Source: Patescibacteria group bacterium (lineage in GTDB: Bacteria; Patescibacteriota; Minisyncoccia; Ryanbacterales; GWA2-47-10b). From it: a stretch of 64,000 bases of DNA. The notes under the pieces were generated by a model, which saw only the letters and a program-made list of their open reading frames with translations, was not told the DNA's origin and searched no databases. A program made the translations under genes and the position numbers. How positions within the stretch are numbered: the first letter of the stretch is position 1; every line of letters begins with the position of its first letter. The DNA lies in the NCBI GenBank assembly GCA_038064855.1, contig JBBTSE010000002.1, positions 72,815-136,814 on the forward strand, given 5' to 3'. This document shows, one piece after another, positions 27,736 to 37,548 of this stretch.

Positions 27736-28809
27736 ATGTACTCCAAAGATCGCTCAAATAGCACAAACATTTCTTTTGCACAATACCTCACATCTCGCGA
27801 TGTGGCGTTGTGGAGCGCACTCGCGTTTGTGGTAGGTATCGCGTGCGGTTTGCAGGCGTGGGCGCTGCATGCGTTATTTGTACTATTGTCAGTTTTACTT
27901 GGCGCCAGTATCACGGGCGCCTTTTTCTCGCGCAAAGTTTTTATCACAGCCGTCGTGTTGGGGTTTTTTCTGTGCGGCGTGGTGCGTGCTGGTGGCAATG
28001 CGTATACTTTTTCTTTTTTTACTAGTATCGCGCCGCCACTCGAATACGCGCGTAAGTTATTTGCGAATGGACTCGAAGTAGCCCTGCCCGAACCCGAGGC
28101 ATCGTACGCCAAAGGTATTTTGTTGGGTGATCGTAGCGACATGCCGTATGAGCTACGCCAAGTATTTCGTAGAACAGGCACTTCGCACCTGACCGCGCTC
28201 TCGGGTTATAATGTAACTGTTATCGCCCAGTACCTTGGTACACTTTCGCACGGCGTCGCCGTGCCCGTACTCGGCATTGTCTTTTTTGTTATCGCTACGG
28301 GAGCTGCAAGCTCACTCGTACGCGCCGCGATCATGGGTGTGTTGGTATTGATAGTACGCCGCGCGGGGTATCAATATATGGCAGGGCGAGCGCTTTTGTA
28401 TGCAGTAGTTTTAATGCTTTGGTGGGAGCCCGCGATTTTATTTGGTGATATTGGGTTTCAGCTTTCAGTTGCCGCTACCGCGGGTATTATATTTTTAGTG
28501 CCGTACTTTGATACATTGTTTTCGCTTGTGCCAAAAAGATTTGGCGCGCGCGAAGCACTCGCAACCACTATCGCGGCACAAATCACTACATTGCCGCTGA
28601 TCATTTTTTATTTTGGGTTGCCATCGATAGTCTCGATACCGGCAAATATACTCATCATTATCACGATGCCGCTCGCCATGGCGTTTGCGTTTGTCGGAGG
28701 ATTGGTCGGCAGTTTTGCTGGTAGTATATCGGCGTTTGTTGGCCTGCCGGCAACTTTTGTGTTGAGGTATCAGCTTTTTATTGTTGAGTGGTTTAGTCAG
28801 TTATACTAA
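27736..28809 (+). CDS. comEC: ComEC/Rec2 competence channel, membrane (competence) domain only
   Basis: TSHLTALSGYNVTVIAQ motif and multi-TM architecture. It lacks the MBL domain, which is encoded by the next gene. Confidence 0.8.
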   Translation: MYSKDRSNSTNISFAQYLTSRDVALWSALAFVVGIACGLQAWALHALFVLLSVLLGASITGAFFSRKVFITAVVLGFFLCGVVRAGGNAYTFSFFTSIAPPLEYARKLFANGLEVALPEPEASYAKGILLGDRSDMPYELRQVFRRTGTSHLTALSGYNVTVIAQYLGTLSHGVAVPVLGIVFFVIATGAASSLVRAAIMGVLVLIVRRAGYQYMAGRALLYAVVLMLWWEPAILFGDIGFQLSVAATAGIIFLVPYFDTLFSLVPKRFGAREALATTIAAQITTLPLIIFYFGLPSIVSIPANILIIITMPLAMAFAFVGGLVGSFAGSISAFVGLPATFVLRYQLFIVEWFSQLY

Positions 28810-28813
28810 TACT

Positions 28814-29665
28814 ATGATCAAGCGCTGGAAGATTGTTGTTCTGATAAGTCTTAGTTTTGTGGCGATAGCTATTTGGTATGTTGTTCTTACAAGATCAGAC
28901 GGTAAGCTCAAAATAGTATTTTTAAATATTGGGCAGGGCGATGCGATTTTTATTGAAACGCCAACAGGTGCGCAGATACTCATTGATGGAGGCGCCGGTT
29001 CGCGTGTGTTAGGAGAGCTTGCCGCGGTCATGCCCATCTATGATCGTTCGATCGATGTGGTGATTGCCACACATACTGATGCTGATCATATCGGCGGGCT
29101 TACTGAAGTATTGCGAAGATACGATGTCAGTATGGTAATAGAAAACGGCATGACTGCTGATACTAAGATATGGCGCGAGCTCGATGCGCTTATTAAAGAC
29201 GAGGGCAGCGTGAGGCATATCGCTGTAGCGGGCCAGCGTTTGGTGCTCGGAGGTGGTGCGCATCTTGATATTTTGGGACCCGCTTTCGGCGAACGCGACG
29301 AGCCAACATCAAAAGCAAATGATGTCATGATTGTCACACGGCTTGTATATGGCCAGAGTGAAGTATTGCTGACCGGAGATATCGAGCGTGATGATGAGAT
29401 TCGCCTACTTGCTTCGGGTGTTGATTTGCAAAGCGATGTTTTAAAAGTAGCGCACCACGGTTCAAAAAATTCTTCGACTGATTTATTTTTGCAACGCGTT
29501 GCCCCGGATGTTGCTGTCATATCAGTAGGGGAAAGTAATCGGTACGGGCATCCACATAAAGAAGCGCTCGACCGCCTCGCTAAGACAGGCGCTCGCCTAC
29601 TCCGTACTGATATTAATGGGCGACTCTGTTTTGTTGCGGGTAGCTCCGGGTGGCAAGGATGTTAA
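28814..29665 (+). CDS. Metallo-beta-lactamase domain protein (ComEC C-terminal domain as a separate membrane-anchored gene)
   Basis: N-terminal TM, HTDADHIGG and KVAHHGSKNSS motifs typical of the ComEC MBL domain. Separate ORF in another frame. Confidence 0.75.
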   Translation: MIKRWKIVVLISLSFVAIAIWYVVLTRSDGKLKIVFLNIGQGDAIFIETPTGAQILIDGGAGSRVLGELAAVMPIYDRSIDVVIATHTDADHIGGLTEVLRRYDVSMVIENGMTADTKIWRELDALIKDEGSVRHIAVAGQRLVLGGGAHLDILGPAFGERDEPTSKANDVMIVTRLVYGQSEVLLTGDIERDDEIRLLASGVDLQSDVLKVAHHGSKNSSTDLFLQRVAPDVAVISVGESNRYGHPHKEALDRLAKTGARLLRTDINGRLCFVAGSSGWQGC

Positions 29666-30996
29666 GATTTTTTAGCGAGAGGGAAGGAGACGATAAATGT
29701 CGATCCTACTCCTTTCATTGATTCAAGTGCGATGCGGCCATCCATAGTCTCTACAATTTGCTTGGTGATCCAAAGGCCAAGGCCGGTACCACCAACGCTT
29801 CGTGTCTCCGCCGATTTGACGCGATAAAATTTTTGAAAAAGATTTTGCTGCTCATCAGCTGAAATACCAATACCCGTATCGCGTACGCGTATGACTACTT
29901 TTGATCCTTCTTGGGCGACAGTGACGATCACCGATCCCGCAAGAGTATATTTGATAGAATTGCCGACGATGTTAGTGATGACTTGGCGAAAGCGGTCAGG
30001 GTCCACCATGGCGCGTATTTTTTCAGGTTTGTCGTAGGTGAGGGTAAGATTCTTTTGTTTGGCACTTGCGCCAAGAGAGGTAACTGTTTGCTCGATGAGT
30101 GTCGTAATTTCATTTTCATGGATTTCAAATTTTGTCCGCCCTTGCTCGATGCGGGAGACATCCAAAATATCTTCGATAAGTCGGTTGAGCTGATCAATCG
30201 ATGTTTGCAAACTTTCTTTGGTCACCGCTCCGTTGTTGTTGGGGTCAGTAAATAAATCAATTTGCCAGCGAAGCGCGGTGACAGGTGTGCGAAGCTCGTG
30301 AGAGGCGATTGAGATAAAGTCATCTTTCATCTGATCAAGTTCTTTAAGACGGCGATAGAGTACCGTGTAGTCGACGATGCGCGCGTGACGCGCGAGTAGC
30401 AATATGAGTGCAACGATGATGGCTACAAGGAGGAGATAGGCGCGTCTAATATTTTGCGCCGACAATATATCGATATGCTCCATCGAAGTGTTAGTCATAA
30501 GATGGCCGAGCACTTGTCCGTTGGTATCTACAATCGCTCGAAACGCGGGGCGGTGGCGAATGCTGTTTTGTAATTCTTCAAATACCAAAGTCTCACTCTG
30601 TGCTCCCGCAAGCTCATAGTAGCCCGTATATCGGTCATCAATAGATCCAACCTCACGGGCGTTGTTTGATGCGATGATAGTGTGATCGGGGTAGCGTGTC
30701 ACGCGAGTTTCTATAAATGATTCGTTTTGGCGGGAAAATTCCGTGATGCGCGTATTGAGAAATTCTGTATCATCCATATGATTGCGCACGAATCCTACAA
30801 AGACATCATGCATCGTGCCGATACGATCTTCTTCAAGGCGTTCTTGATTGCGCGCGCTGACCTGGAGAAATTTTTCCGCGGTCCATAAAAACGCGAGGGG
30901 GATGACGATAACTAAAAAGAGTGTATAGACAATCTGTGGGTTGTCACGCACAAACGCAGCTCCACGCCCTACAAATCGTGAGAACGGATTGATCAT
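29662..30996 (-). CDS. Sensor histidine kinase (HisKA + HATPase_c)
   Basis: SHELRTPVTALRWQIDL H-box, N/G1/G2 boxes (GTGLGLWITKQIVE), N-terminal TM and sensor region. Confidence 0.9.
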   Translation of the reverse strand: MINPFSRFVGRGAAFVRDNPQIVYTLFLVIVIPLAFLWTAEKFLQVSARNQERLEEDRIGTMHDVFVGFVRNHMDDTEFLNTRITEFSRQNESFIETRVTRYPDHTIIASNNAREVGSIDDRYTGYYELAGAQSETLVFEELQNSIRHRPAFRAIVDTNGQVLGHLMTNTSMEHIDILSAQNIRRAYLLLVAIIVALILLLARHARIVDYTVLYRRLKELDQMKDDFISIASHELRTPVTALRWQIDLFTDPNNNGAVTKESLQTSIDQLNRLIEDILDVSRIEQGRTKFEIHENEITTLIEQTVTSLGASAKQKNLTLTYDKPEKIRAMVDPDRFRQVITNIVGNSIKYTLAGSVIVTVAQEGSKVVIRVRDTGIGISADEQQNLFQKFYRVKSAETRSVGGTGLGLWITKQIVETMDGRIALESMKGVGSTFIVSFPLAKKS

Positions 30997-32618
30997 TGCG
31001 GTGGTAGTATTGCCTGGGCGCGTCGTCGTCGCACAACGAGTCCAACGACGATAAGTGCTACGCCGATGGTAGCGGCAACAAGCGCCACGATAAATGAAGT
31101 TGGATGTTTGCCATAAATACTTGGTTTAGCGCGCGTTGTCTGGGCGACGGCGGGTGTCTTGGTGATGGCGTTTGCTGTTTTAATAAACGGCACCGGATCA
31201 CTTTTTGCGAGCACTGATCCTTTGCTGTTGGTAATGGTGGCATAGACTTCGTGTTTGCCGTCGGCAAGTTCTTTATCAAAGGTATACGCCCACGCGCCCT
31301 CCGCGTTTGTTTTTACGGTAACGACAAAAGGCGTGCTGAAGATATAGAGGGTAACGAGACTATACGGGGGCGCCTGACCAGTTACTATTATTTTATCTAT
31401 GGTTTGGGCAGGGGTGAGTATGGGTATAATATCGGCGACGACAAGAATCTCCGGTCGCGGCGTACCAGCGTTTTTTGGGCTCTCGTAGGAGATTGAGTTT
31501 GCTGTCGCGTTGTTCGGATCGTTGCTCGAGAAAATTTCTACGGCGTCATTGATGCCATCTTTATCCGTGTCTTTGGTATTTGGATTTGTTTGATAGATAT
31601 TTTTCTCGTCATAGTCTGTAATGCCGTCGCCGTCCGAATCTGGTAGTCGCAAGGTCTCTTGAGGACGGTTATCAATCGCTTCTATGGTTTTTGTAAGTAC
31701 ACTGACATCATCGCGAATGCGGCGCTTGATGGCGTCTTTCTCGGTGTTGGTGAATGGTCGGATGTATTCTGCGGGCGGTTCTTGTTTAGTAGGTGGTACG
31801 GGTGTGTGTGTAGGTTGAGCGGGTATTGGTTGTGTTGTCGGAGGGGGTGGTGCTGTGTTTAATATCGTTATCTCGCCAATTTTTGCCCAAAAAGAACTTC
31901 CGGCTGATTGTATTTTTGCACCAACACCATACAGACCATTGTCATATTGTTTTGTATCAAGATGAAAACGCCACAGGCTTGGATTTGTAGGAGCTCGTTC
32001 TGCTCTTCCGATCATACGACCTTCTCCTTCTGATAGTTTGCCCATAAAAATTTCTACACTATCAATTTCTTCTATGGATAGTGAGATATAGAGTGCGTCG
32101 TGCACGACGCCAGTTTGAGAGAGCTCGACAAAAACAGGTCGCGAAGTCGTTGGAGGTGGTGGCAGTGCAATCGTTGGCGGAGGCGGTGTCGTATTGCCTG
32201 AAGTGGTTGTCGTTGGAGGTGGCGGTTGAGTGGTCGCATCAGATCCAGGGCCGCTTTGCGTAGCGTTATGTATGATAACGGGCCGTGACACCTCGGCGCC
32301 GGTTTGGGTTCGTGCGATGAGCTGGTAGGCGCCATCGGGAGTTTGGGTGGTATCCCATACATATTCCCACCGATTTGGATCGGTAGTAGAGCGAGTAAGC
32401 TCTCCGAGTAATATTTGCGGTGGAGCTAAAAAGAGTCTGACTGGTCCAGGTATTGTGGCGAGCGTGATGACGCGTACGGGAACCATGCCGGACAGTTCGC
32501 CACCAGATATTTCGAGCAAAGGCCCAGTTCCTGAAGTTTGGGCGAAGGCAAAAAACCATCCACCAAGTCCAATTCCGGTGACGGCAGTGACGATAAAAAA
32601 TCTTGAAAAAGTGCGCAT
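30993..32618 (-). CDS. Secreted Pro/Thr-rich surface protein with thrombospondin type-3 Ca-binding repeats and a C-terminal TM-RRRR anchor
   Basis: Signal peptide (MRTFSRFFIVTAVTGIGLGG), PPPPTTTT linkers, DSDGDGITDYDEKN...DTDKDGINDAVE repeats and a C-terminal hydrophobic helix plus RRRR. 4-nt overlap with the histidine kinase. Confidence 0.7.
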   Translation of the reverse strand: MRTFSRFFIVTAVTGIGLGGWFFAFAQTSGTGPLLEISGGELSGMVPVRVITLATIPGPVRLFLAPPQILLGELTRSTTDPNRWEYVWDTTQTPDGAYQLIARTQTGAEVSRPVIIHNATQSGPGSDATTQPPPPTTTTSGNTTPPPPTIALPPPPTTSRPVFVELSQTGVVHDALYISLSIEEIDSVEIFMGKLSEGEGRMIGRAERAPTNPSLWRFHLDTKQYDNGLYGVGAKIQSAGSSFWAKIGEITILNTAPPPPTTQPIPAQPTHTPVPPTKQEPPAEYIRPFTNTEKDAIKRRIRDDVSVLTKTIEAIDNRPQETLRLPDSDGDGITDYDEKNIYQTNPNTKDTDKDGINDAVEIFSSNDPNNATANSISYESPKNAGTPRPEILVVADIIPILTPAQTIDKIIVTGQAPPYSLVTLYIFSTPFVVTVKTNAEGAWAYTFDKELADGKHEVYATITNSKGSVLAKSDPVPFIKTANAITKTPAVAQTTRAKPSIYGKHPTSFIVALVAATIGVALIVVGLVVRRRRAQAILPPQ

Positions 32619-32660
32619 GTATGCTATGCTTGGACTTACTATATTATTATATACGAATCT

Positions 32661-33251
32661 ATGAAACATCCGAAAGAAGAACGCACCTTTCTCTTGGTAA
32701 AACCCGATGGCGTAAAGCGCGGGCTTACCGGTGAGATTATTCGCCGTCTCGAGCAACGCAATCTAAAGATTATCGCCATGCAGATGACTGCTCCCGGTCG
32801 CGACAAATTTGATAATCACTATCCGAAGGATCCGGCATGGGTGACGCGTATCGGCGAGAAGACGCTTAATACTTATAAAAAATACGGCTACGATCCCATT
32901 AAAGAGCTTGGCACCGAAAAGCCCGAAGAGATTGGCCCTATGGTGCGCGGCTGGCTTCTCGATTTTATGGCATCGGGCCCTGTGGTAAAGATGATTGTTG
33001 AGGGTGTACACGCCATCGATATGGTTCGCAAAATCGCTGGCAATACCATGCCATCGAGCGCAGAGATGGGTACGATCCGTGGCGATTTTTCGGTAGACTC
33101 TCCAGCGTCTGCAAACCGCGAGAAGCGATCAGTACATAACCTTGTCCATGCATCAGAAACGCCTGAGGAGGCGGCACACGAGATGGCTCTCTGGTTTACA
33201 CCCAAAGAAATCCACGGATATAAGCGCTCTGAAGAAGATCTTACTTTTTAA
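32661..33251 (+). CDS. ndk: Nucleoside diphosphate kinase (with a ~50-aa internal insertion)
   Basis: TFLLVKPDG, NxxHxSD-like (NLVHASE) motifs. 196 aa versus the usual ~140. Confidence 0.85.
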   Translation: MKHPKEERTFLLVKPDGVKRGLTGEIIRRLEQRNLKIIAMQMTAPGRDKFDNHYPKDPAWVTRIGEKTLNTYKKYGYDPIKELGTEKPEEIGPMVRGWLLDFMASGPVVKMIVEGVHAIDMVRKIAGNTMPSSAEMGTIRGDFSVDSPASANREKRSVHNLVHASETPEEAAHEMALWFTPKEIHGYKRSEEDLTF

Positions 33252-33254
33252 CGC

Positions 33255-33650
33255 ATGACGATGGCGTCTCGCCTCGGCGTACTCCTGCTATCACTCGTAG
33301 CGATTTTAGGATTGCACGCGGCGAGCATCATGCCTGAGTACGATTGGTACAATCAATTTTGGTGGCTTGATTGGATACTGCATTTTGCCGGTGGCGCATG
33401 GGTAGCGTCTCTATTTTTAGTAGTGAGGGCAAACACACAGTCACTCACTGTCATAGGTTTTGTTTTTTTTGTCGGCATCGGTTGGGAAGTACTTGAGTAT
33501 ATGTTTAGCGTGCCATTTTTTGGCGTAGGGGAGGCGAGTTTTTCTGATTCGCTCTGGATTCTCGATACACTCATGGATCTTTTCTTTGATGTGAGCGCCG
33601 CAGTGCTAGTCGTCATGCTTGCGAATCGGTATACTAAGAGTAATGTTTAA
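33255..33650 (+). CDS. Hypothetical membrane protein
   Basis: Four hydrophobic helices and no family match. Confidence 0.4.
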   Translation: MTMASRLGVLLLSLVAILGLHAASIMPEYDWYNQFWWLDWILHFAGGAWVASLFLVVRANTQSLTVIGFVFFVGIGWEVLEYMFSVPFFGVGEASFSDSLWILDTLMDLFFDVSAAVLVVMLANRYTKSNV

Positions 33651-34992
33651 AATTACTTTTTGCGGAGGAGCTCAAGAGGTTACCGGCGCGAACTATCTGA
33701 TCGAGACAGAAAAGACTCGCGTACTGGTTGATTGTGGTATGTTTCAATGCCCGCGCTTTTGCGCGGCACGCAATGCAAACGAATTTCCCTATGATCCGGC
33801 GACTATTGATGCGCTCTTTGTAACCCACGCGCATATCGATCATACCGGGCGCATCCCCAAACTTATTAAATACGGTTTCAAGGGAAAGATTTTTTCAACT
33901 CCACCTACAAAAGATTTTGCCAAGCTCATGCTCGAAGATAGTCTTGGCGTGCTTGAGAAAGAGGCGTCGCGCAACGGAGAGAAGACGATTTACGCCATGG
34001 AAGATGTTGAAGGCGCGCTCAAGCTCTGGGAGGCCGTGCCATACCACCAGCGTTTTATGGTGGGCGATATCGGCGTTACTTTTTATGAGGCGGGGCATAT
34101 CTTAGGGTCTCTCATGGTGCTCTTTGAGATTGGTGATAAAAAAATATTATTCACGGGAGACTTGGGTAATACGCCGATGCCGCTTCTCAACCCACCCGAA
34201 TCAATCGTAGGTGTGAACATGATGGTTATCGAATCTGCCTATGGTGACCGTGTGCACGAAGACAACAGCGAGCGCAAAGTAAAGCTTGAACGAGCGATTG
34301 AAGATATCGCAAAGCGCGGCGGCACGCTGATGATTCCTGCGTTCGCGCTTGAACGCACCCAAGAACTTCTCTATGAGTTCAATGATTTGATGGAGCACGG
34401 ACGCGTGCCGCGCATCCCCGTGTATCTCGACAGCCCACTTGCCATTCGCGCGACTGATGTCTATCGCAAGCACATAAGCTATTTTAGTCCCGACGCCAAA
34501 GCGCTCATTAAGGCGGGTGATGATCTTTTTCAATTTCCAGGGCTCCATCGCACGCTTACCACTGATGAATCGAAAGCTATCAATGATGTTCGCGGTCCCA
34601 AGGTGATTTTAGCGGGCGCGGGTATGATGACGGGCGGACGCATACTACATCATGCGAAGCGCCACCTCCACGACAAAAATAGTATTATTTTATTTATTGG
34701 TTATCAGGGCGCGGGATCTGTCGGGCGGCGCATTATGGACGGTGAGCGGCAGGTGACTATCATGGGTGAGAAGGTTTCGGTACACGCTGAGGTCCGTTCG
34801 ATCCATGGGTATTCGGCGCACGCTGATACTAATATGCTTTTGGATTTTGTTCAGCAAAATGTAGATACACTTGAGAAAGTATTTGTCGTACAAGGCGAGC
34901 CATCGGCCGCACTTTTTCTTTCACAGCGTATTCGTGACTATTTGGGTCTCCATTCGCATGCTCCACGCCTTGGAGAGGTCTTTGAGTTCTGA
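33643..34992 (+). CDS. MBL-fold beta-CASP RNA-metabolising hydrolase (RNase J / CPSF-like)
   Basis: HAHIDHTG motif and beta-CASP architecture of ~450 aa. Confidence 0.8.
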   Translation: MFKITFCGGAQEVTGANYLIETEKTRVLVDCGMFQCPRFCAARNANEFPYDPATIDALFVTHAHIDHTGRIPKLIKYGFKGKIFSTPPTKDFAKLMLEDSLGVLEKEASRNGEKTIYAMEDVEGALKLWEAVPYHQRFMVGDIGVTFYEAGHILGSLMVLFEIGDKKILFTGDLGNTPMPLLNPPESIVGVNMMVIESAYGDRVHEDNSERKVKLERAIEDIAKRGGTLMIPAFALERTQELLYEFNDLMEHGRVPRIPVYLDSPLAIRATDVYRKHISYFSPDAKALIKAGDDLFQFPGLHRTLTTDESKAINDVRGPKVILAGAGMMTGGRILHHAKRHLHDKNSIILFIGYQGAGSVGRRIMDGERQVTIMGEKVSVHAEVRSIHGYSAHADTNMLLDFVQQNVDTLEKVFVVQGEPSAALFLSQRIRDYLGLHSHAPRLGEVFEF

Positions 34993-35005
34993 TACCATTT
35001 GAGGC

Positions 35006-35587
35006 ATGGATACATCCACACACAATCATCTGAAACTCAAATTTTGTGTGTCAGGAGCGGCAGAAACAGGTCACTGTTCGGAAGACGCTCTCGACAAAGC
35101 AAAAGCAATCGGCCGTGAGATAGCACAGAGAGGAGGTATCTTGGTAAACGGTGCCACCACAGGTTTTCCGTACTGGGCAGCCATTGGCGCCAAAGAAGCG
35201 GGCGGGGCAACTATCGGTATCTCACCGGCGGCAACCGAAAAAGAGCATCGTGAGGTTTTTGACTTACCGCTCGATTATCTCGATATGATTATCTATACCG
35301 GAGCCGGCATGTCGGGGCGCAATTTGCTACTTACGCGCTCGACCGATGCCGTTATCATTGGTTGCGGTCGTATGGGCACACTCAACGAATTTACCATTGC
35401 TTTTGAAGACAAAAAACCCATTGGCATCTTGACGGGTACCGGCGGTACAACTGAATTGATTGACGAGGTCATCGCCGAGTCTCACAGAGCAAAAGACAAC
35501 CCGCTTATTGTGTATTCCGACGATCCTAAAGAACTTATAGACAAGCTTATAGCGCTTCTCAAGCGAGAAAAAGTAAGCACCGTATAG
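35006..35587 (+). CDS. TIGR00725 / LOG-family Rossmann-fold protein
   Basis: GGATTGFP...GGxGTxxE-like motifs (GTGGTTELIDEV) of the LOG/SLOG fold. Confidence 0.65.
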   Translation: MDTSTHNHLKLKFCVSGAAETGHCSEDALDKAKAIGREIAQRGGILVNGATTGFPYWAAIGAKEAGGATIGISPAATEKEHREVFDLPLDYLDMIIYTGAGMSGRNLLLTRSTDAVIIGCGRMGTLNEFTIAFEDKKPIGILTGTGGTTELIDEVIAESHRAKDNPLIVYSDDPKELIDKLIALLKREKVSTV

Positions 35588-35594
35588 GATTTCT

Positions 35595-36692
35595 ATGTTC
35601 CGTACGCTCAAAGCGATCGGACTGCTCGCGGGCATGATTATCGGTGCTGGTATGTTTGCCCTACCGTATACCATTGTGCGTGCGGGTATTGGTTGGTCGC
35701 TTGTTCATGCCAGTATTGTCCTGGTGCTGGTTACGCTCACGCACGCGCTGTACGCAGGTGTTATTTTAAAAGACCGCAGACACGCGCGTCTCCCTGGGTA
35801 CGCGCGCGAGTATCTGGGCGAGAGTGGTTTTTGGATAGCGCTCATTTCACGGTTAGGGGCGTATTGGGGGTTTTTACTCGCGTACGGTATTATCATTGGC
35901 GATTTTTTTGCGCACATCATTCCGTTGTCTGAGACAACGCTCGCTATCACTTTTTTTATTCTTGTTTCGCCACTTATTCTTTTTCGCCTCTCGCGCATCG
36001 GTACGATCAATTTTGTGCTTACGCTTCCCGAAGTGTTTTTGCCACTCATTTTCTTTTTCATATGGTGGCCGCAGTTTGATTTTTCAGCAGTTTCATTTGG
36101 AGGTCATGGCGATTGGTTCCTACCCTACGGCATTTTTCTTTTCGCACTTTCTGGTGCATCAGTGATACCAGAGGTTATTGACACGCTCGGCACCTCGGCG
36201 CATAAAAAAATATTTCCCGTGATCATCGCTGGTAGTGTGATTGCGATATTAATTTATGCCGCGTTTAGTTTGACGATTATCGGGCTTGCGGGTGGCGTGC
36301 CTTCGCATGATTCACTCTCAGTCCTTGCCGTGAGCATTGGTCACCGTGCGTACATCGTAGGGACATTGCTCGGGCTTCTTGCTGTCATCACTTCATACAT
36401 AGCACTCGGACTTGAGTTGAAGTATACCTTTGAATATGATCTCGGGCGTTCGTCGTATGTTGCGTGGGCGCTCACCGCATTTATGCCTCTCGCGATATAT
36501 CTTGCGGGTGTCAGAAGTTTCATTTTACTCATCGATATTATTGGTGCAGTCGGAGTTGGCGTTGAGGGAGTTATTATTGCGCTTCTCGCGCGTCGCGTGC
36601 TTGGTACCCAATGGATTATCGCAGGCGGTATTGCACTCGCACTTGCGGCCGGTGCCGCCTTTGAATTGATACGCACTACAGGAGTGCTATGA
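35595..36692 (+). CDS. Amino-acid permease-like transporter (about 11 TM, HAAAP-like)
   Basis: GAGMFALPY N-terminal motif and multi-TM architecture. Confidence 0.6.
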   Translation: MFRTLKAIGLLAGMIIGAGMFALPYTIVRAGIGWSLVHASIVLVLVTLTHALYAGVILKDRRHARLPGYAREYLGESGFWIALISRLGAYWGFLLAYGIIIGDFFAHIIPLSETTLAITFFILVSPLILFRLSRIGTINFVLTLPEVFLPLIFFFIWWPQFDFSAVSFGGHGDWFLPYGIFLFALSGASVIPEVIDTLGTSAHKKIFPVIIAGSVIAILIYAAFSLTIIGLAGGVPSHDSLSVLAVSIGHRAYIVGTLLGLLAVITSYIALGLELKYTFEYDLGRSSYVAWALTAFMPLAIYLAGVRSFILLIDIIGAVGVGVEGVIIALLARRVLGTQWIIAGGIALALAAGAAFELIRTTGVL

Positions 36693-37315
36693 CCAAAAAA
36701 GAATTGCTCGCGGACCTCGAGCAAGAAATGATAAAAGATACTACACTCCCGCTACAGGAAGCTCGCTTGGTTTTTGGTGAGGGCAACGAGGACGCCGAGG
36801 TTTTATTTATCGGCGAGGCACCCGGTTTTCACGAAGATCGGCTCGGCCGCCCGTTTGTTGGCAGGGGAGGCGAGCTTCTTACTGAATGTATCGGGAGCAT
36901 CGGTTGGTACCGAGAACAGGTATATATTACAAACATCGTAAAACGCAGACCACCAGAAAATAGAGATCCATTATCTGAAGAGATCGAGGCATACAAACCA
37001 TATCTCGCGCGTCAGATTGAAATTATAGGCCCGCGCATTATTGTACCGCTCGGCAGGTTTGCTATGAATTATTTTTTGCCTGACGCGAAAATTTCTCGTG
37101 ACCAAGGAAAAATATTTGTTGTCGGCAAGTACAAGGTGATGCCCATGTTTCATCCGGCGGCGGCGCTGCGCGGTACGACCGTGCTCAATCAATTTAAAGA
37201 AACATTTACAAAACTTCCTATGATCGTATCGGGCGAGGTTGAGGTAATAAAACCAGAAGTTACTCAAACAAAAAAATCTTCCGAAGAAGAATCGTCTCAA
37301 GTCTCTCTTTTCTAG
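36689..37315 (+). CDS. Uracil-DNA glycosylase family 4
   Basis: LFIGEAPG...GRPFVG...HPAAALR motifs of family 4 UDG. Confidence 0.85.
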   Translation: MTKKELLADLEQEMIKDTTLPLQEARLVFGEGNEDAEVLFIGEAPGFHEDRLGRPFVGRGGELLTECIGSIGWYREQVYITNIVKRRPPENRDPLSEEIEAYKPYLARQIEIIGPRIIVPLGRFAMNYFLPDAKISRDQGKIFVVGKYKVMPMFHPAAALRGTTVLNQFKETFTKLPMIVSGEVEVIKPEVTQTKKSSEEESSQVSLF

Positions 37316-37420
37316 CCAGCTCAAAAAAGCCTTAAAAATAGAGGGAAAGGGGGGACATTGACATATTAGTTTTTATATAGTATAATGCAGAAAGATCTTT
37401 AAATACTTACTTGCGAACTC

Positions 37421-37468
37421 TGCCACAGCAGAAAGCGCCTTATTCTTAGGACCTTTTCTGCTGTGGCA
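37421..37468 (+). promoter_or_regulatory. Long stem-loop (14-bp stem) upstream of the DGR target gene
   Basis: TGCCACAGCAGAAA...18-nt loop...TTTCTGCTGTGGCA. Confidence 0.4.
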
Positions 37469-37548
37469 AAGCCGACAGGCGGTAATGCCAGCCCGTGTTG
37501 GGCAACAGCGTTAATCTAACTGGCGAAAACCGAAAAGGAGAAAACGCC

